Shown here one piece after another: positions 50,100 to 63,399 of a stretch of DNA of 64,000 nt. Position numbers and translations under genes: made by a program. The notes beneath the pieces were generated by a model that was not told the origin of the DNA, made no database searches, and worked only from the letters and a program-made list of their open reading frames with translations. The stretch is from Epiperipatus broadwayi (Eukaryota > Animalia > Onychophora). The stretch spans positions 1-64,000 of the forward strand of contig JAQFVV010000003.1 of the NCBI GenBank assembly GCA_028023455.1, written 5' to 3'. Numbering within the stretch: the stretch's first letter is position 1; the number at the start of each line of letters is the position of its first letter.

Positions 50100-53000
50100 T
50101 ATAAATTATATTACTATGAGAAATATACTGAAGAATGTATTGCATCTTAAGATACATATCAATCTTTTTATTTAAAACAAAATGCAAAAATATTTAAAAT
50201 GATGCATATTTTTTAAAAATAATAATCATTCTGACTAAAGATTATTAAAAGATTTTTCCATCACCAGATAATAGTGTGTTTGTATTTATTTTTACCATTA
50301 AATACTAAAGTCTTTATATATTGCATCTTGAAAATCATTTGCTTTTTTTTTTGATGTCTTTACTCATTTGTTTGATTACTTTCTCGTGAAGCGAAATCAA
50401 CAGAAATATATTTAGGAGATTACGTGATTATTCTGGTGTTAGTATTCATTAGTTAAACAATAATATAATATATAATACATGTGTATATAAAAGAAAATAT
50501 TCCATATTGACTTGAGTGATCTTATATTAACAATCTCTTGCTTAATTATTAACATTGATATGTTTATCCATAACATGGTAAATAGTCATTAAGATTACAA
50601 AAATGTACAATTACATATTACATTGTAATAACATGATAATCTTAAAAATTCAAATTGGCATTTTTAGTTTTTATAACTGTTAAAATTTGGTATAGTCAAA
50701 AAGATTGCTTATAAAGAAGAAAAATTGATGTTTATTAGAATAAGATTGAAGTAGAATATGTTTTTAGTGTAACAACACAGAATGATGGGTTTCTTATTAT
50801 CCAAGTGGAAATATCTTGCAATATGTATGATTTAATTTTAGAGGACATGCAAAATATATAGATTTTATCTAAAGGTACAAATCTGCCTGCACTGTTATTA
50901 GAAATTGTTGGTTACACTATTCACAGAATATCTTTGTTTGCTTTTATGAGACCAGTCATCGTTTGGATGGAAATAGCTAATCAACTATCTTATAATCACT
51001 ACTGTATTTTGATTTAGACTTTAAGCTGCATATAAATTCATTCAATATTCTTGCTAAGACAAAACAGAAAATACTCCTTTCTCATCATTATCATGACTGA
51101 TTTTGAAATTATTTGCATTCACTTTAATGAATAATGATCAAGCTTGCATTCTAACCAAATTATTTAAGATAGATCATATTAAAACTATTATTAGTAGATC
51201 TTTTGATCTTAAAAAGGCTACCTAAACATTTATTTGATAAGTTAAACATTCTGATAACAATAAAGGTACAAAGTGATTCATTACTGAAGGTACTGATTTT
51301 AACTACTAAAAACTCTCAATCTATTGATGCTGACCCTTCATTTACTTTTCAATTATGAAGTTATAAACAAAAAAATATGAAGAATAAATTGAAATCAGAA
51401 TTGTAGTGCATATACCTAAAAAATGAAAAGCTAGTTTTACAAACATCATAGTTAGTGAGAAAGATCACCAGTAATATAATACAATAACTATTTCCTAAAT
51501 TACCTTAAATTATTGAAGACTGTAAGATAAAAAAGAATATGTAAAGGAGATTAAAAAGTTTCCTTATAACAAAAACAGTATTTAATATTAGATGAACCAA
51601 TATTTTATCATATAAAACAAGAGAATATTTTTTTAGTTAAACATTTATATAGTTAACTCTTGTATCTGAAGTCAATCTATTTTTTTTTTTTATTATGTAT
51701 ATGCTTTATACATCTAATATTTAGCTTATCTTTTATAAAATGGTGCACATATTTTGGTAAATTTTTTTCCATTGTTCTCTATTTACAGTACCTAATCTTA
51801 AAATAGAATATGTAAATATAATATCAGTAGATAAAACAGCCTTCAATTAACATAATGTGAGTTCTTCAATAGAATCTCATAGAAGAAAACACAGAAGCAA
51901 ATAAGTTTGCCAACTTCCAGGTGATGAGAACTTAAGCAGTTTTCATCCTTGGTTTATGTTCTAATTAAGAATAGTTTTAATGACTAATAGTGGATGATAA
52001 ACTGAACTGACTACAGATCAATCATCATAAAAAGTTGACAAAAATTTCCAAGTTTATTTGGCTTTAATGAAAACCCAGGACATTAGCATGATACGTGAAT
52101 ATGCTACCATTATATCATAACACTATTCACACTATATTTAAATATATTAATTCTGTAAGTTTAACTTAATCTCAGTTGTAGATTATAATAATGCTATAAA
52201 TAATTAATAAAAAAATTGATGTGAGATGAAATAACTTTTTTATATTTTTCTATTTCTTCTATATATAATTTTAAATTAATTTAAAATAAAAAATTGTCAA
52301 AAGACCACCTTTTTTAAAAAATAATGCATTTACATTATTCAACCAGTTTTTCATAGAAAAGTTTTTAAGATGTCATCTATCTGATGTCATGAATTAAGTA
52401 ATCTATTGCATCAACTTCCTGTGGTTGTTGTTTTAATTACATTTGATAAATATATGTATACTTGTTTCCTCACCCTTCACACTTTTTTACTATTATTATA
52501 TAGTAATTATCATATTTGTATACTTTTTAACGATTTATTCAATATTCATTTATTTATTAGTATGCCAAAAATCCAATTCTTTCAAACATGGCCTTTACAA
52601 TTTAGCTCTTGGGTGATTACCCATGTTGCTAATAAATTAGATTGGCCCCACTATGATACTAAATAATGCAAAGTAAAGAAGTGTGTTTGACATTTTAGAA
52701 TTCAAGAAGGTCTTATAAAGTTCATAACTTTTTTTTTTAAAAATTGTAATCATACTAAAATATTGCAAAGTAAATTACTAAAATATAATCATGAGTTTAT
52801 ATTACAAGTCTATAAGAATGGAAGTTTTAAATTTGTGTATATAATTTTAATTTTTTATACAATGATATTTACTAAATACATTTTTTTTAAATTTTTGTGT
52901 TTATATACATATATTTTAATTTCTGAGTGAAAAACAATAACCATTACTATAATTTGTAAACTCTATAATACTGACATAGTCCAAACAATGCAATTCTTCT

Positions 53001-53614
53001 GACTAATTTGTACATTTTACATTAGGACCATTTATTTACCCTATTCTAAAATCATTTATTATGACATAATCAATGTACACTAGATGGTACTTTTACATTT
53101 TCATTTCCAGACTAGTTTCTTACTAGAGACTATTTTCATTAAATAAAATTGGATTTTTTTCATACTTTCAACATCCATTTTTATTACTTTATGCAGTTTT
53201 ACTAAAAGAACCTGAAATAATAAAATTACTCTAAGATTTTAAATGTAAGTTAACATGCTCATAACATAGACTAAAAATTAATTGTAAACATTTGGCAAAG
53301 ATTATATTCACTATTCAACTTTCAATATGTAGCTTTGGAATATATGACTAAGGTGAATTTCTGTTCTATATACTAGCCTGATTATAGAAACTTTGACTTT
53401 TCAGTGTCACTCTTACTTCTCATATCATATGTATATTTTTATTTATTTAAAGAAGGTTTAATTTTTGGCATTTTTAAAATAATGTTTTGTAAAATACACA
53501 ATGTTATATATATATTTATTAATATTAGTTCACTTTTTAGATGAATCTACTATATATAGTAAATTTCAACAGCAATTACATACTAAAAATTGATAATTTG
53601 AATCTTCAGAACAG

Positions 53615-55730
53615 TTATATACAGAAGTATGGAATTCTGTTAAAGAGTGTGTTATGGTACAAGTAAATCTATTCTTGAGTTCACTAAAAAGAAGAAAAAT
53701 GATCAGTTTTCTGACAATGATGATACTATTAATGATTTAATTAAAAAATCATGTGACATTCTTTGCTTGTCGAAATAATAGATTAAATGTGGAACTTCAT
53801 AATAAATATAAAGTTCTAAAAGCAGAAGTTTAACAATCAATGAGAATGCTTAAAACTGATTTGTGGATTAAAACTGAAAGAAGATACTATATATTCACTG
53901 AGCTTGATCATTCTATATCTTTTTTAATGCATTGAAAGCAATATATGGATCCAAGAAACAATAGCACAATCCTATTAATCCCAGCAATCACTCTCTTTGA
54001 TATGAGGATAATGATATTTAGAATAGGTGAAAAGAATATGCTAATCATTTTTTGGTTAATGATACAAGAATTGATATGATGACTTTTAATGATATATCTA
54101 TTTTCTCTGCTCATTTACATTTGGTCAAAGATAACCAGCTAATAAAATTTAAACAGCATTTTATAGTCTTAAATATGGAAAGGCTGCAGGTCCTGATAGG
54201 AAAAGTTTTAAAATATGATGGTCATATATTGGCTTTAAAAATATTGAAATTTTTTAGGAATATCTAGACTCTTAAAGTTGTACCATCTGATCCCAAGGAT
54301 GTTTTAATTATTACAATTTTTTAAAAACTTAGAAAATAGGCAAGGCTGTGGTAATTATCATGAAATATTATTATTATCCAGTACAGCAAAAATACTTTCA
54401 AGAATTTTATTGAATAGATTGCTTCCAGTTATAGATGAATAGTTACCACAGACTCAGGGTGAATTTAAGAAATCAAGAAGCACTAGATATGATTTTTTTG
54501 TTGCCAGAAAAATGCAACAAAAGTGTTGGGAACAAAGGAATGACTTAAATATCGACATTATTGATTCAGTCAAGGCATTTGGTTCAATTAATAGGATAGG
54601 TCTATGACAATATTTGAATTAGTTGATTGTTAACCAAAATTTATTCATACTGTACAGCTGAGAATGAAAGGAAGTGTTATTATTACAGGTAGATAATCAA
54701 AGGCATTTGAAATAAAAACTAGTGATAAACAAAAAATGTGTACTTTCTGCAATTTCATTTTCAATTTTTATGATAATGGTCTTTAGAATCATTTATAGGA
54801 GGCTTAATCAAACAGGAATCAAGACTAGATACAGGTTTGTTGATGGCATTTTAAATTTGAAACAATCAAAAGCAAAACAAAAACTTCATCTTCTTGGATT
54901 CTGGATTTATAGTATGGTGAAAATTGGATAATTTTCCTGAGTTTTTAAGATGATATACAGAATGTTCATAAATATTTACATGCAATTTATAAAAATCTAG
55001 GTTTATTACTTAATGTTCAAAAATTCAAGTTTTTGTCAGCCAGTGGCAGAAAAAAAAAGCTCAACAATTTTCAGTTTGGACAGTTATCAACTTGAGAATG
55101 TAATTCAATTTAAATAAATACCTTGGTAATTTTATAAGTAGAAGAATGAATTTAAATGTTGAAATCCAACACAGATTTCAAAATGCTGTTGCTGTTTTTA
55201 ATAAAAAGATGCAGTATTTCATCATAGGAAAATAATTACTGCAATTATGTTAGCTATATATAAAGCTATTATTTTTTCTAATTTATTGTATGAAAGAGTT
55301 CGGATACTTTGTTGGAACAATATAAAGACATTAGAAAAGTTTCATTGTAGGATGTGATATTGAGTTCACTATGATAAAACTGCACCTTTCTTGGATTGGA
55401 CATGTAAAATGAATGAGCAATTGAAGACTTCCTAAATGGGTGTTTTATAGTGAACTTGAACATGGATTTCATAGGAGTAGTAGACTCCATCAACATTATA
55501 AGGTTACCTCAAAGATATTTTAAAAGAAGTGCAATGTCATTTGTTTCCTAATACATTGGAGAGCTACAATTAGACATGTTTTTGAAATATTTCAAAGTGA
55601 AATGTTTTTGTTAATGAAATTAAAAGACAATACCATAAAATAACAAATAAACAGAAAATTTTACCAGCATGCTCTATAAGTGGACATATTTGTGAATCAC
55701 AGATTGTTTTATATAATCACCGCAAAACTC
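53615..55730 (+). mobile_element. Decayed RTE-clade LINE (linker, RT, C-terminal C2H2-like end), 5' truncated
   Basis: Remnants of F.DND..I, ALKAIYG, D..IITIFK...CGNY, ILLNRLLP, QKCWEQ, KAF.SINR, and a terminal CS.SGHICESQI.LYNHRKTH, with many stops and frameshifts. Confidence 0.8.
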
Positions 55731-56227
55731 ATTTTAGTGTATTTTTTTTTGTTTGCTTGTTTTCTCTTAGTTTTTTTTTTTTGGGGGGGGAGGTGGGGAG
55801 TTGTTAATGGTCATACTCTTTTTTGAGTGGTTGTTCATTATTATTATTTATTACGCTAAAAAACTAGGTAAAGATTTTGTATGGGGGAGGGGGGAGAAGG
55901 AAGCACAAAACCATCACATTTAAGGATAAATTAAAAAAATAAAAATCAACCCAGAAACACACTATTTACTTTTTATTATTAAAAGCATTTTTTTTCTTTA
56001 CTTGATGAAATTCTATACAACTGAAAGATAACTTTTAAAAGTTAAACTTTATTCTTTAAGTTCATTTTTCAATTTATCATTTTTTTTTTGTTTCCATTAT
56101 AAGTTCATTAAAAAAGTATATTAAAAATATTGATTAATTATTTCCGTATAATTGATTTCCAAATTTCTATTGAAGGAGTGCATAATCAATGTAATGGAGA
56201 TTCCAATGCGTCTGGCAATTAATTGCA

Positions 56228-56560
56228 GTTAAAGACTTCATGGTATAACTAATTCCTTTTATTTAAATTCTCAATGATGGTTTTCAAAAGCAAAGTTAGT
56301 TTAATATAAAATTGTACTATTTTCATTAAAAGATATGCATTTACAAACACACATACTAATTTTTACATATGCTATATATGTAATCTCAATTAATAAATGG
56401 ACTAAATAATAATGTGTGAAGGCTGTCAAGTTCACTCCTCAACGCTAGTCAGTCACTAATATTCACTGTTAAAAAATTCATTTTATAACTAATTCCTTTT
56501 ATTTAAATTCTCAATCAAACCCCTTAAAAGTCTAGTTAGTGGAATACAAATAGTATCATT
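56228..56560. repeat. Diverged 240-bp-period duplication with an identical 32-bp core
   Basis: tataactaattccttttatttaaattctcaat occurs at 56244-56275 and 56484-56515. The flanks align loosely. Confidence 0.8.
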
Positions 56561-58022
56561 TTATTTTAAATATTTATAAGGTACAGAATTTTACTTTATT
56601 TCCAATGTGAGTTTGAGTAATCAATGGGTTTAAAATGGGAATATGCTGCAACCGAATCTCAGAATTTTGGCTTTTATCATGAAGGGGATTGTCTTTGTAT
56701 CCATGCACCCAGTTTTTAACTCCGAAAAACAACTTGCTGTCACTATGTATTTTAGTGATCAACCTTTTATGCTAATAACAATATGCATCTGTAACTTTTC
56801 TATTTTCTTATCACTGAAACAGAGCCATCTTGAGTAATCAGTGAGAAGAATTAGAATTGTATCACTTCCAGCAAACTTATTTATTTCTTTATATTGTCTA
56901 GGATAATTACTTGAGATTCAAATATCCTAAAGTTTGTTAGCTTGGATAATATAATATAAAAAGAATGTTGGCTACTGGAACACATTGATGCCAATCTAAT
57001 ACTGCCCATTGATAAATGGTGGTATTCAAACAATAGTATAATAATTTGGATGTGGTAATACTTTATAGTTTCCAATTATTACTCAGACTTCCACCAAATA
57101 ATTTAGAAAAGTGTAAATAGACAAAATTATTGCTTGCAATTTAAATGTTGAAAACAAGTTGAGAATGTCATGTGATGTTTTGTTTGGTCTGGAACCAAAT
57201 TATTTGTTATGAATGAAATAAATCACATGTATTAAGAATGTCAAATATTCTTAATGTCTTATTATTAACAGTTTTGTATTTTATTCTTCTTCTTCATGTT
57301 GTTGTTGTTATTATTATCAATATTATTATATTTCACAGGACTTTATTCAATAAAGTGAAAAAAATTACTTTATTTATTTTGTCTACATATTATTAGTGAT
57401 TATTAGGAATACAATAACATAATTGTTTGAAAGTTAGCAAAAGTTCACAATTGGATGAGCTGTTTTCCACCTGAGGTGTTGCAACTGTGGCAAGTGGTAT
57501 CTTTTTTTTTCACTTGAGATTTACTAATACTTATTGTTGATTTCTTTCTTATAGGCTTGAAGGTAACTGCAATTGAGACCAGGTATCAATGAAATTATTT
57601 TGATTTGTTATTTTTTTGGCTCTTTGACATATACTATCCAGTTTATTTTTGAACATGTTATGGTGCCTTCTTGGGTTATTGTTATTATATGAATTTATAC
57701 CTTGTATACCATAAGGTATAGAGAATGAATACCCTAATCTTGATTTCAGGAAAGTCTTCTTTTTTTTGAATGAGTCAAACATGCAATTTATATTTATTTA
57801 TCTTTATTTTGAAGAGTCCTTGATATGAAAAAAAGAGATAGACCTGTGTTTCTGCATTTTTATGTCAAAGGGTACATTAGTTGCTCTACATTTTGGCAGT
57901 TTCTTTAATATTTTACTAAGGGTTGTGTGCATAGAAAGTCTATATTAATTTTTAGTAAAAAAATCAAAATATTTGGGTTTAAATGACCATAATTTAAATT
58001 TACAATCATGTTTTTGTTATTG

Positions 58023-58041
58023 TCATCATCATCATCATCAT

Positions 58042-58115
<74 letters not shown>

Positions 58116-58128
58116 CAACAACAACAAC
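58023..58128. repeat. Compound microsatellite (CAT)n(AAT)n(AAC)n
   Basis: Seen directly in the sequence. Confidence 0.97.
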
Positions 58129-58400
58129 ACTAAAGATATTCTGCCCTTAGATCAGAAGTCACAAATGGTATGCAAAATTGCATGCAGCTAAACTAATTAC
58201 CATGCAGTATATTGTGGATAATTATGTGGTAACATATCCACCCAAATTGCAGAACACTGACATCTATATACTGTGCCAAAGTTCAAACTGACACCAAATC
58301 AATCTTCTATGAGCATGAATCTGACATTGGCTACATCTTCAAACCTAGGTCTGGCACATTGACAGAGATAAACACAAATAACAAAAAAGATTATTGCATC
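58129..58400 (+). pseudogene. Penelope-like element GIY-YIG endonuclease remnant
   Basis: TKDILPLDQKSQMVCKIACS*...VYCG*LCGNISTQIAEH resembles the PLE pattern KD.IP...KS.VVYKIPC...YIGQT.R.L.TRI.EH. KSIFYEH...GY.F follows after a frameshift. Confidence 0.6.
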
Positions 58401-58665
58401 CTCCTTTCAAAAAAATGGCCAATATAAATAACTTATTTGCCATTCAAATATGCAAATTCTCTATTGAGTTTTGTTTCTTTAATAAATACTGCAATATTCT
58501 TTTCACTGTCAATGCTTTAATTATGACTAATATGATTAAGTAATTGAAAGTGCACTTGGCATATTTTGCTAATTTTACAAAATAAAGCTTATTTTTAATA
58601 CAGTTATGCATATATTTTGTTTGTTACATTTTCTGAGATATAGCTCACTAAATTATTGAAGTTAC

Positions 58666-58887
<222 letters not shown>

Positions 58888-59300
58888 TCCTGGTAATCTT
58901 ATAAATATTATTTTTTCAAAATAATTTATCATCTAATTTGCTTTTCAGGCTGTTCAAAGATAATATTATAATGATGATTCAATATATCCATGCCATTGAT
59001 AACTATCCAAGCACTATACATGTCACAATGTGATCAAAATAAGGCAAGTTTACCTAAATCACTTATTCTTCAAGGGATAGTTAATGTTTAATCTGATCAA
59101 GTTTTTGTTCTTTTTTTTTCTATCTATGCACTTTCTATATTTTTATCAAAGTCAATTCAAAAAGTGTCAGTAGTATATCTAATTTTTAATATCCAACTTT
59201 ATTATTCTTAAAATGTCATAGAAGAGCATGACCAATTAGGGATCTTTAGTTTAAAATTGTGATTCTATATCTTATGATCTATTTAGTATTTTTTATTGAA

Positions 59301-59510
59301 TTTTTGTTTAATGTTAGTTAATAGCAAATATCTTAATTACTTGACATTTTGTTAATTATATATTTACCAATTATTTTTTGATGAATTTTAAAATTATTTT
59401 ATATTTTTTTGTTTAATGTTAGTTAATAGCAAATATCTTAATTACTTGACATTTTGTTAATTATATATTTACCAATTATTTTTTGATGAATTTTAAAATT
59501 ATTTTATATT
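59301..59510. repeat. Perfect 105-bp tandem duplication
   Basis: 59301-59405 is identical to 59406-59510 by eye. Confidence 0.95.
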
Positions 59511-60189
59511 CTTTAAAATGGCAATGAATTGTTTCTTTATCACTTTGTTATTTACCACATATAAAATTTAATATAAAGTTAAACTTATTGAACATGGTAA
59601 AAATTAGTTGATATTGTTTTATGTAATACATTTTTGGCACAAGAAAAGTTAGGCTAAGGCCCTATATTATGATATTTTAACTTTCACATGTGATGTTTAT
59701 TAATATTTTAAGGTTTAGGTTATCATGTAAACAAATGCATTTTGCATTAAGTTCATTTGTGTATATATTTTTTGATTTAAGTATATTTCTGTACAATAAC
59801 TATTACATTTTTGAATTTCTAACATTGTATTCTTAGCATAAGTCAAAAATTAACATATTTCTAATAATTCTGCAATGAATGTTTTTGATAAAGTGTTACT
59901 TTATTTGCCACAATCATTCATAAATTTGTCCAGGCTGCTACATTAAATATCTTTTCTTTAATCATGGGCATTACTGCCCATTCTATTTTTCTAATTTAGT
60001 TTATTTAGAAGATAACTTATTTAATGTAAGTAATGTCACAATACAAACTCATTACTTATAATTTAATTCATATAATGATATCATCAGAATAATATCCTAA
60101 TGTTTATTAAATTCCTAAAATAAATATATTTCAGAATTACAATGTTGATAGAAAGCTTGTTTTTTTAACAAGTAAGATTAAATTTAAGA

Positions 60190-63100
60190 ATGTTAATAAT
60201 AGCAGCAGGTGTAAACATGTGAGGCCTCAACTCCTTCAAAAAAGAATTGAATGCCATTGGCCACTGGATCTGCTCCTTCTCTTCCCATTTAGTATGTTTG
60301 GTGGAGACCAAGATCCATACCAACATGGATCCAAAGATAATAAAAAAACTACAGAAGCTAGGATCTCTCCATTATTCCATAGCCACCCACCCCTTGGCCA
60401 GAGTTGCAATGCTAATTTCACATAATTCTTCTGTTCACAGTTTCAAAATAAGCCTTCTAAATATCAATATGATTTTTTTCTACTATAAATATAACTGCAT
60501 GTAATTTTAATATAATTTTTCTTTACCTAAAAAAGGGACATATCATTGATTCACAACACTGTGCTACTTATAAATGTAGCACTAAATGCCAATACATTTC
60601 TCACATTCTTGCTTGGTGATTTTAATATAAATTATGATGAATTCAATTACAAATACTTGCACTTGCTGAATACTCATCTGATGTGTGCACAGGTCTTTTT
60701 TCTACCTGATGCATGCTCTTTCTATATCAAATAATATTTCACCTTAATAGACTTATTCTCTTAATAACATTAATCAGGAGTTATCTCCAATTGCTTTCTC
60801 CAATCATCATGCCCTCACAGTCTCTTTGTTCATTGATTTACCTTCTCAGTCCTGTGCATAAACCAAGCTCATGATCAGACTATTTCTTAAATCCATGGCT
60901 CCAGAGGCAATCATCTCTGAGGCTTATATTTTTTTAAAGAAAAGTAACATCCTCACTCTGAATCTTGCAGAGGATTGGTTCACCTTCATAAATATTCTAT
61001 CCCCCCTAATAAATTACTACACTAGAAAAAACAAGGGGACTATGGCTTTTCTTCATAAAATGGATGGGATCCCAAAAATCTTGAAGAAGATAACTCCAAC
61101 ACACTCTACAGTACTAACAGTTATCTCTTTAAATCAACAGTTTTTCAGAGTACAGCAGACTTTCCCAGAATATCTGGCAACCAAGAAGTCAATGTTTTAT
61201 CTCCCAAAATCTCACACCTTTTCCAGGGGCTATATAAGGTGGGCTTTTGGTTGCCAGAACAAATCCAAAACACCAACTGCTTTCAAGATAGGCAATGATA
61301 TCTATACTGGGATCCCCATGTTGTTGCAGATCCTAATTCACTATAAGAGCAAACTGGCAGATGCTAATTTTCAACCTGAGCAAGAGTAAAGTCATGAGCC
61401 TAGTGATATGATTCATGACTTTCTTGAGTCTGATGTTTGATCTAAAATAGCTTTGATGCCTGACAGAACTTACCCAGATATCCATGGTATCCCTTATTTT
61501 CATCTTCAAGCACCTTGAAGCCTTTACCATACCTGTAATCAATCAATATGATGAATTTTCTAGCTTTTGGCCCACAATTGATTGATGGGATTTATCTGAT
61601 TGCCATGGTCCCATTTCTCAAGAGGGGAATGATTCCTTCCCCTCTTGAGAATATGCGGCCCATATCCATGACACCACTGATAATTAAGATCATTGAATCC
61701 ACAATCAATGATAAACTCCAGGATCAGATTCTGTTGGAAATAACAAGCTTCCAGTTTGCCAAAAAAGAATGCTGTACATCAGAAGCTATTAGCCTCTCAA
61801 ATTAATTGTAGAATATACAAAGAGGCATAGGAGTTCTAAGCCCATTGTTGTACAGCTGGACATTGTTGGGGCATCTGACTCTGTCAGAATTCCCCACCTT
61901 GTTCAGCTGCTTGGTGAACTGGACATCCCCCTGGGATAATCAATATCTAATCTTCTGATTAATAGGCAAATTTCAATATCATTGAATGGTAAATTATATG
62001 AAACATTCATCCCTAATAAAATTACAACTTCTTCCTAAAATCCATTGAACAGAATCTTCCTGGAATATTCATTCCCAGTATCAAAAAGTACTTTCAAGTG
62101 AGTAGTTGGTTGCAGACGGTTATGGATTCATGCCCCGACTGATGCCATGACATATGAAAAAAAAAGTACATTCATCACACTGCATACATGAATGACCTGG
62201 CCATGTTCTTACCATCTTGTAAATACATGCCTGATCTTATAAAATTAATGACATAGTTTTCAAGTGAACCAGGATTATGTTTCAATTTAGCAAAGTTGGT
62301 GGCATAGATGCTGTTTTTGGGAACAACATCTCCTCCCCCTTTTCAGTTAAACCAGCCAAATTTTCCCTCAGTTTTTCATTTAACCTCTCCTCCCTTACAA
62401 TAAGGAGAGAGGTCCAAAATTCCATAATGTTAGCTGCTAACTAGATTACTGGTTTTTTGTGCAAGATCTATACCTCCTTATATGCCAAGACAGCCCTCCT
62501 AATGTTGTTCCTCAGGATTACCTACTTAATGTTCATGAAATTCATGGGAAAGTTTATTTGCAGCATCAATTCCATTTTTTCTCAGCTCTTGAGGGAAGGG
62601 GCAGGACTGTAGTGATTAGCCTTGGAAAGATGCAAAGACCTCCCAAATTGAATGGCCTAGGGATACATTAGCTGCAGGTTTCTTGGCTCCAGCGTGCTTT
62701 CAATCTTTTTTCCAGACTTAATAACCTTATTCCTAAAAACTTTTATCTATTAGATGTGCATCCCATGGAAGTGTTGGCTCTCTGATTGGTTATCTGAAAT
62801 CACAAAAATGAATTTAATCCCAGATGAAGCTAAATCTGCAAAATTAGATACTAGGAGGCATATAATCTTATTTATGAAACAATTGTGCCTATCAGTTCAG
62901 CATTCAACAAAATCATCTTTAATTTTTCTTAAAAAATTTAAATGGTGGTGCCTGTAGCTGAAGTATTTCGATTTTTTGATAAAAATCAATCTGAATGTAC
63001 TTCCCATAGGTAGCTATTTTGACAAAAAATAGAGGATATATATCTATTGATGACACATGTGCTTTATGTAGAAGGAAGAAAGAAACTATTAAACACATTT

Positions 63101-63399
63101 TTCTGAAATGTGTTAAATTGGAAATCTGTAAAACCTTAATTTTTTCAATCTATAAAAAGAAAAACACACTGATGTTGACATCAGGCAATTTTGCAGAAAT
63201 AAGGAATGTTACATTCTTATTGTTTAGTGTTTGGCTGATGCAATGCACACTCTTTTTTGATTCTAGTTGCATGGGTCCCCTAATAATATTAATCAGGAAA
63301 ATCAACACAATTAAAAAAAGACAGCAGTTGTATAGCTTCTCAAATAATGGTCAGGAACTCATGGAATTGATAGATATTGAAAGGACCAGAATAAGCTAA
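60190..63399 (+). pseudogene. L1/Tx1-type element #3: ORF2 only (APE-RT-CCHC), heavily mutated; 3' end and TSD not identified
   Basis: MLIIAAGVNM*GLNS, ETK, LGDFN, MRPISM, VQLDIVGA.DS, AYMND and CALCRRKKETIKHIFLKC. Colinear with L1 #1 and #2. Confidence 0.88.
62097..62160 (+). mobile_element. 64-bp retroposed insert ending in an A-run, inside the RT of L1 #3
   Basis: Flanked by aaaaagtactttca (62083-62096) and aaaaagtacattca (62161-62174). Removing it restores PSIKKYIHHTAYMND, matching QINHISYVDD of L1 #1. Confidence 0.8.

Noticed and set aside
57549-57782. Minus-strand ORF with weak Penelope thumb-like words (SIPY, NP..H...RA)
   Set aside because: The motif order is reversed relative to PLEs and the similarity is too weak.
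58949-59043. Exon-like segment (ttttcAG ... AAG|GCAAGT)
   Set aside because: All three frames contain stops, and there is no other support.
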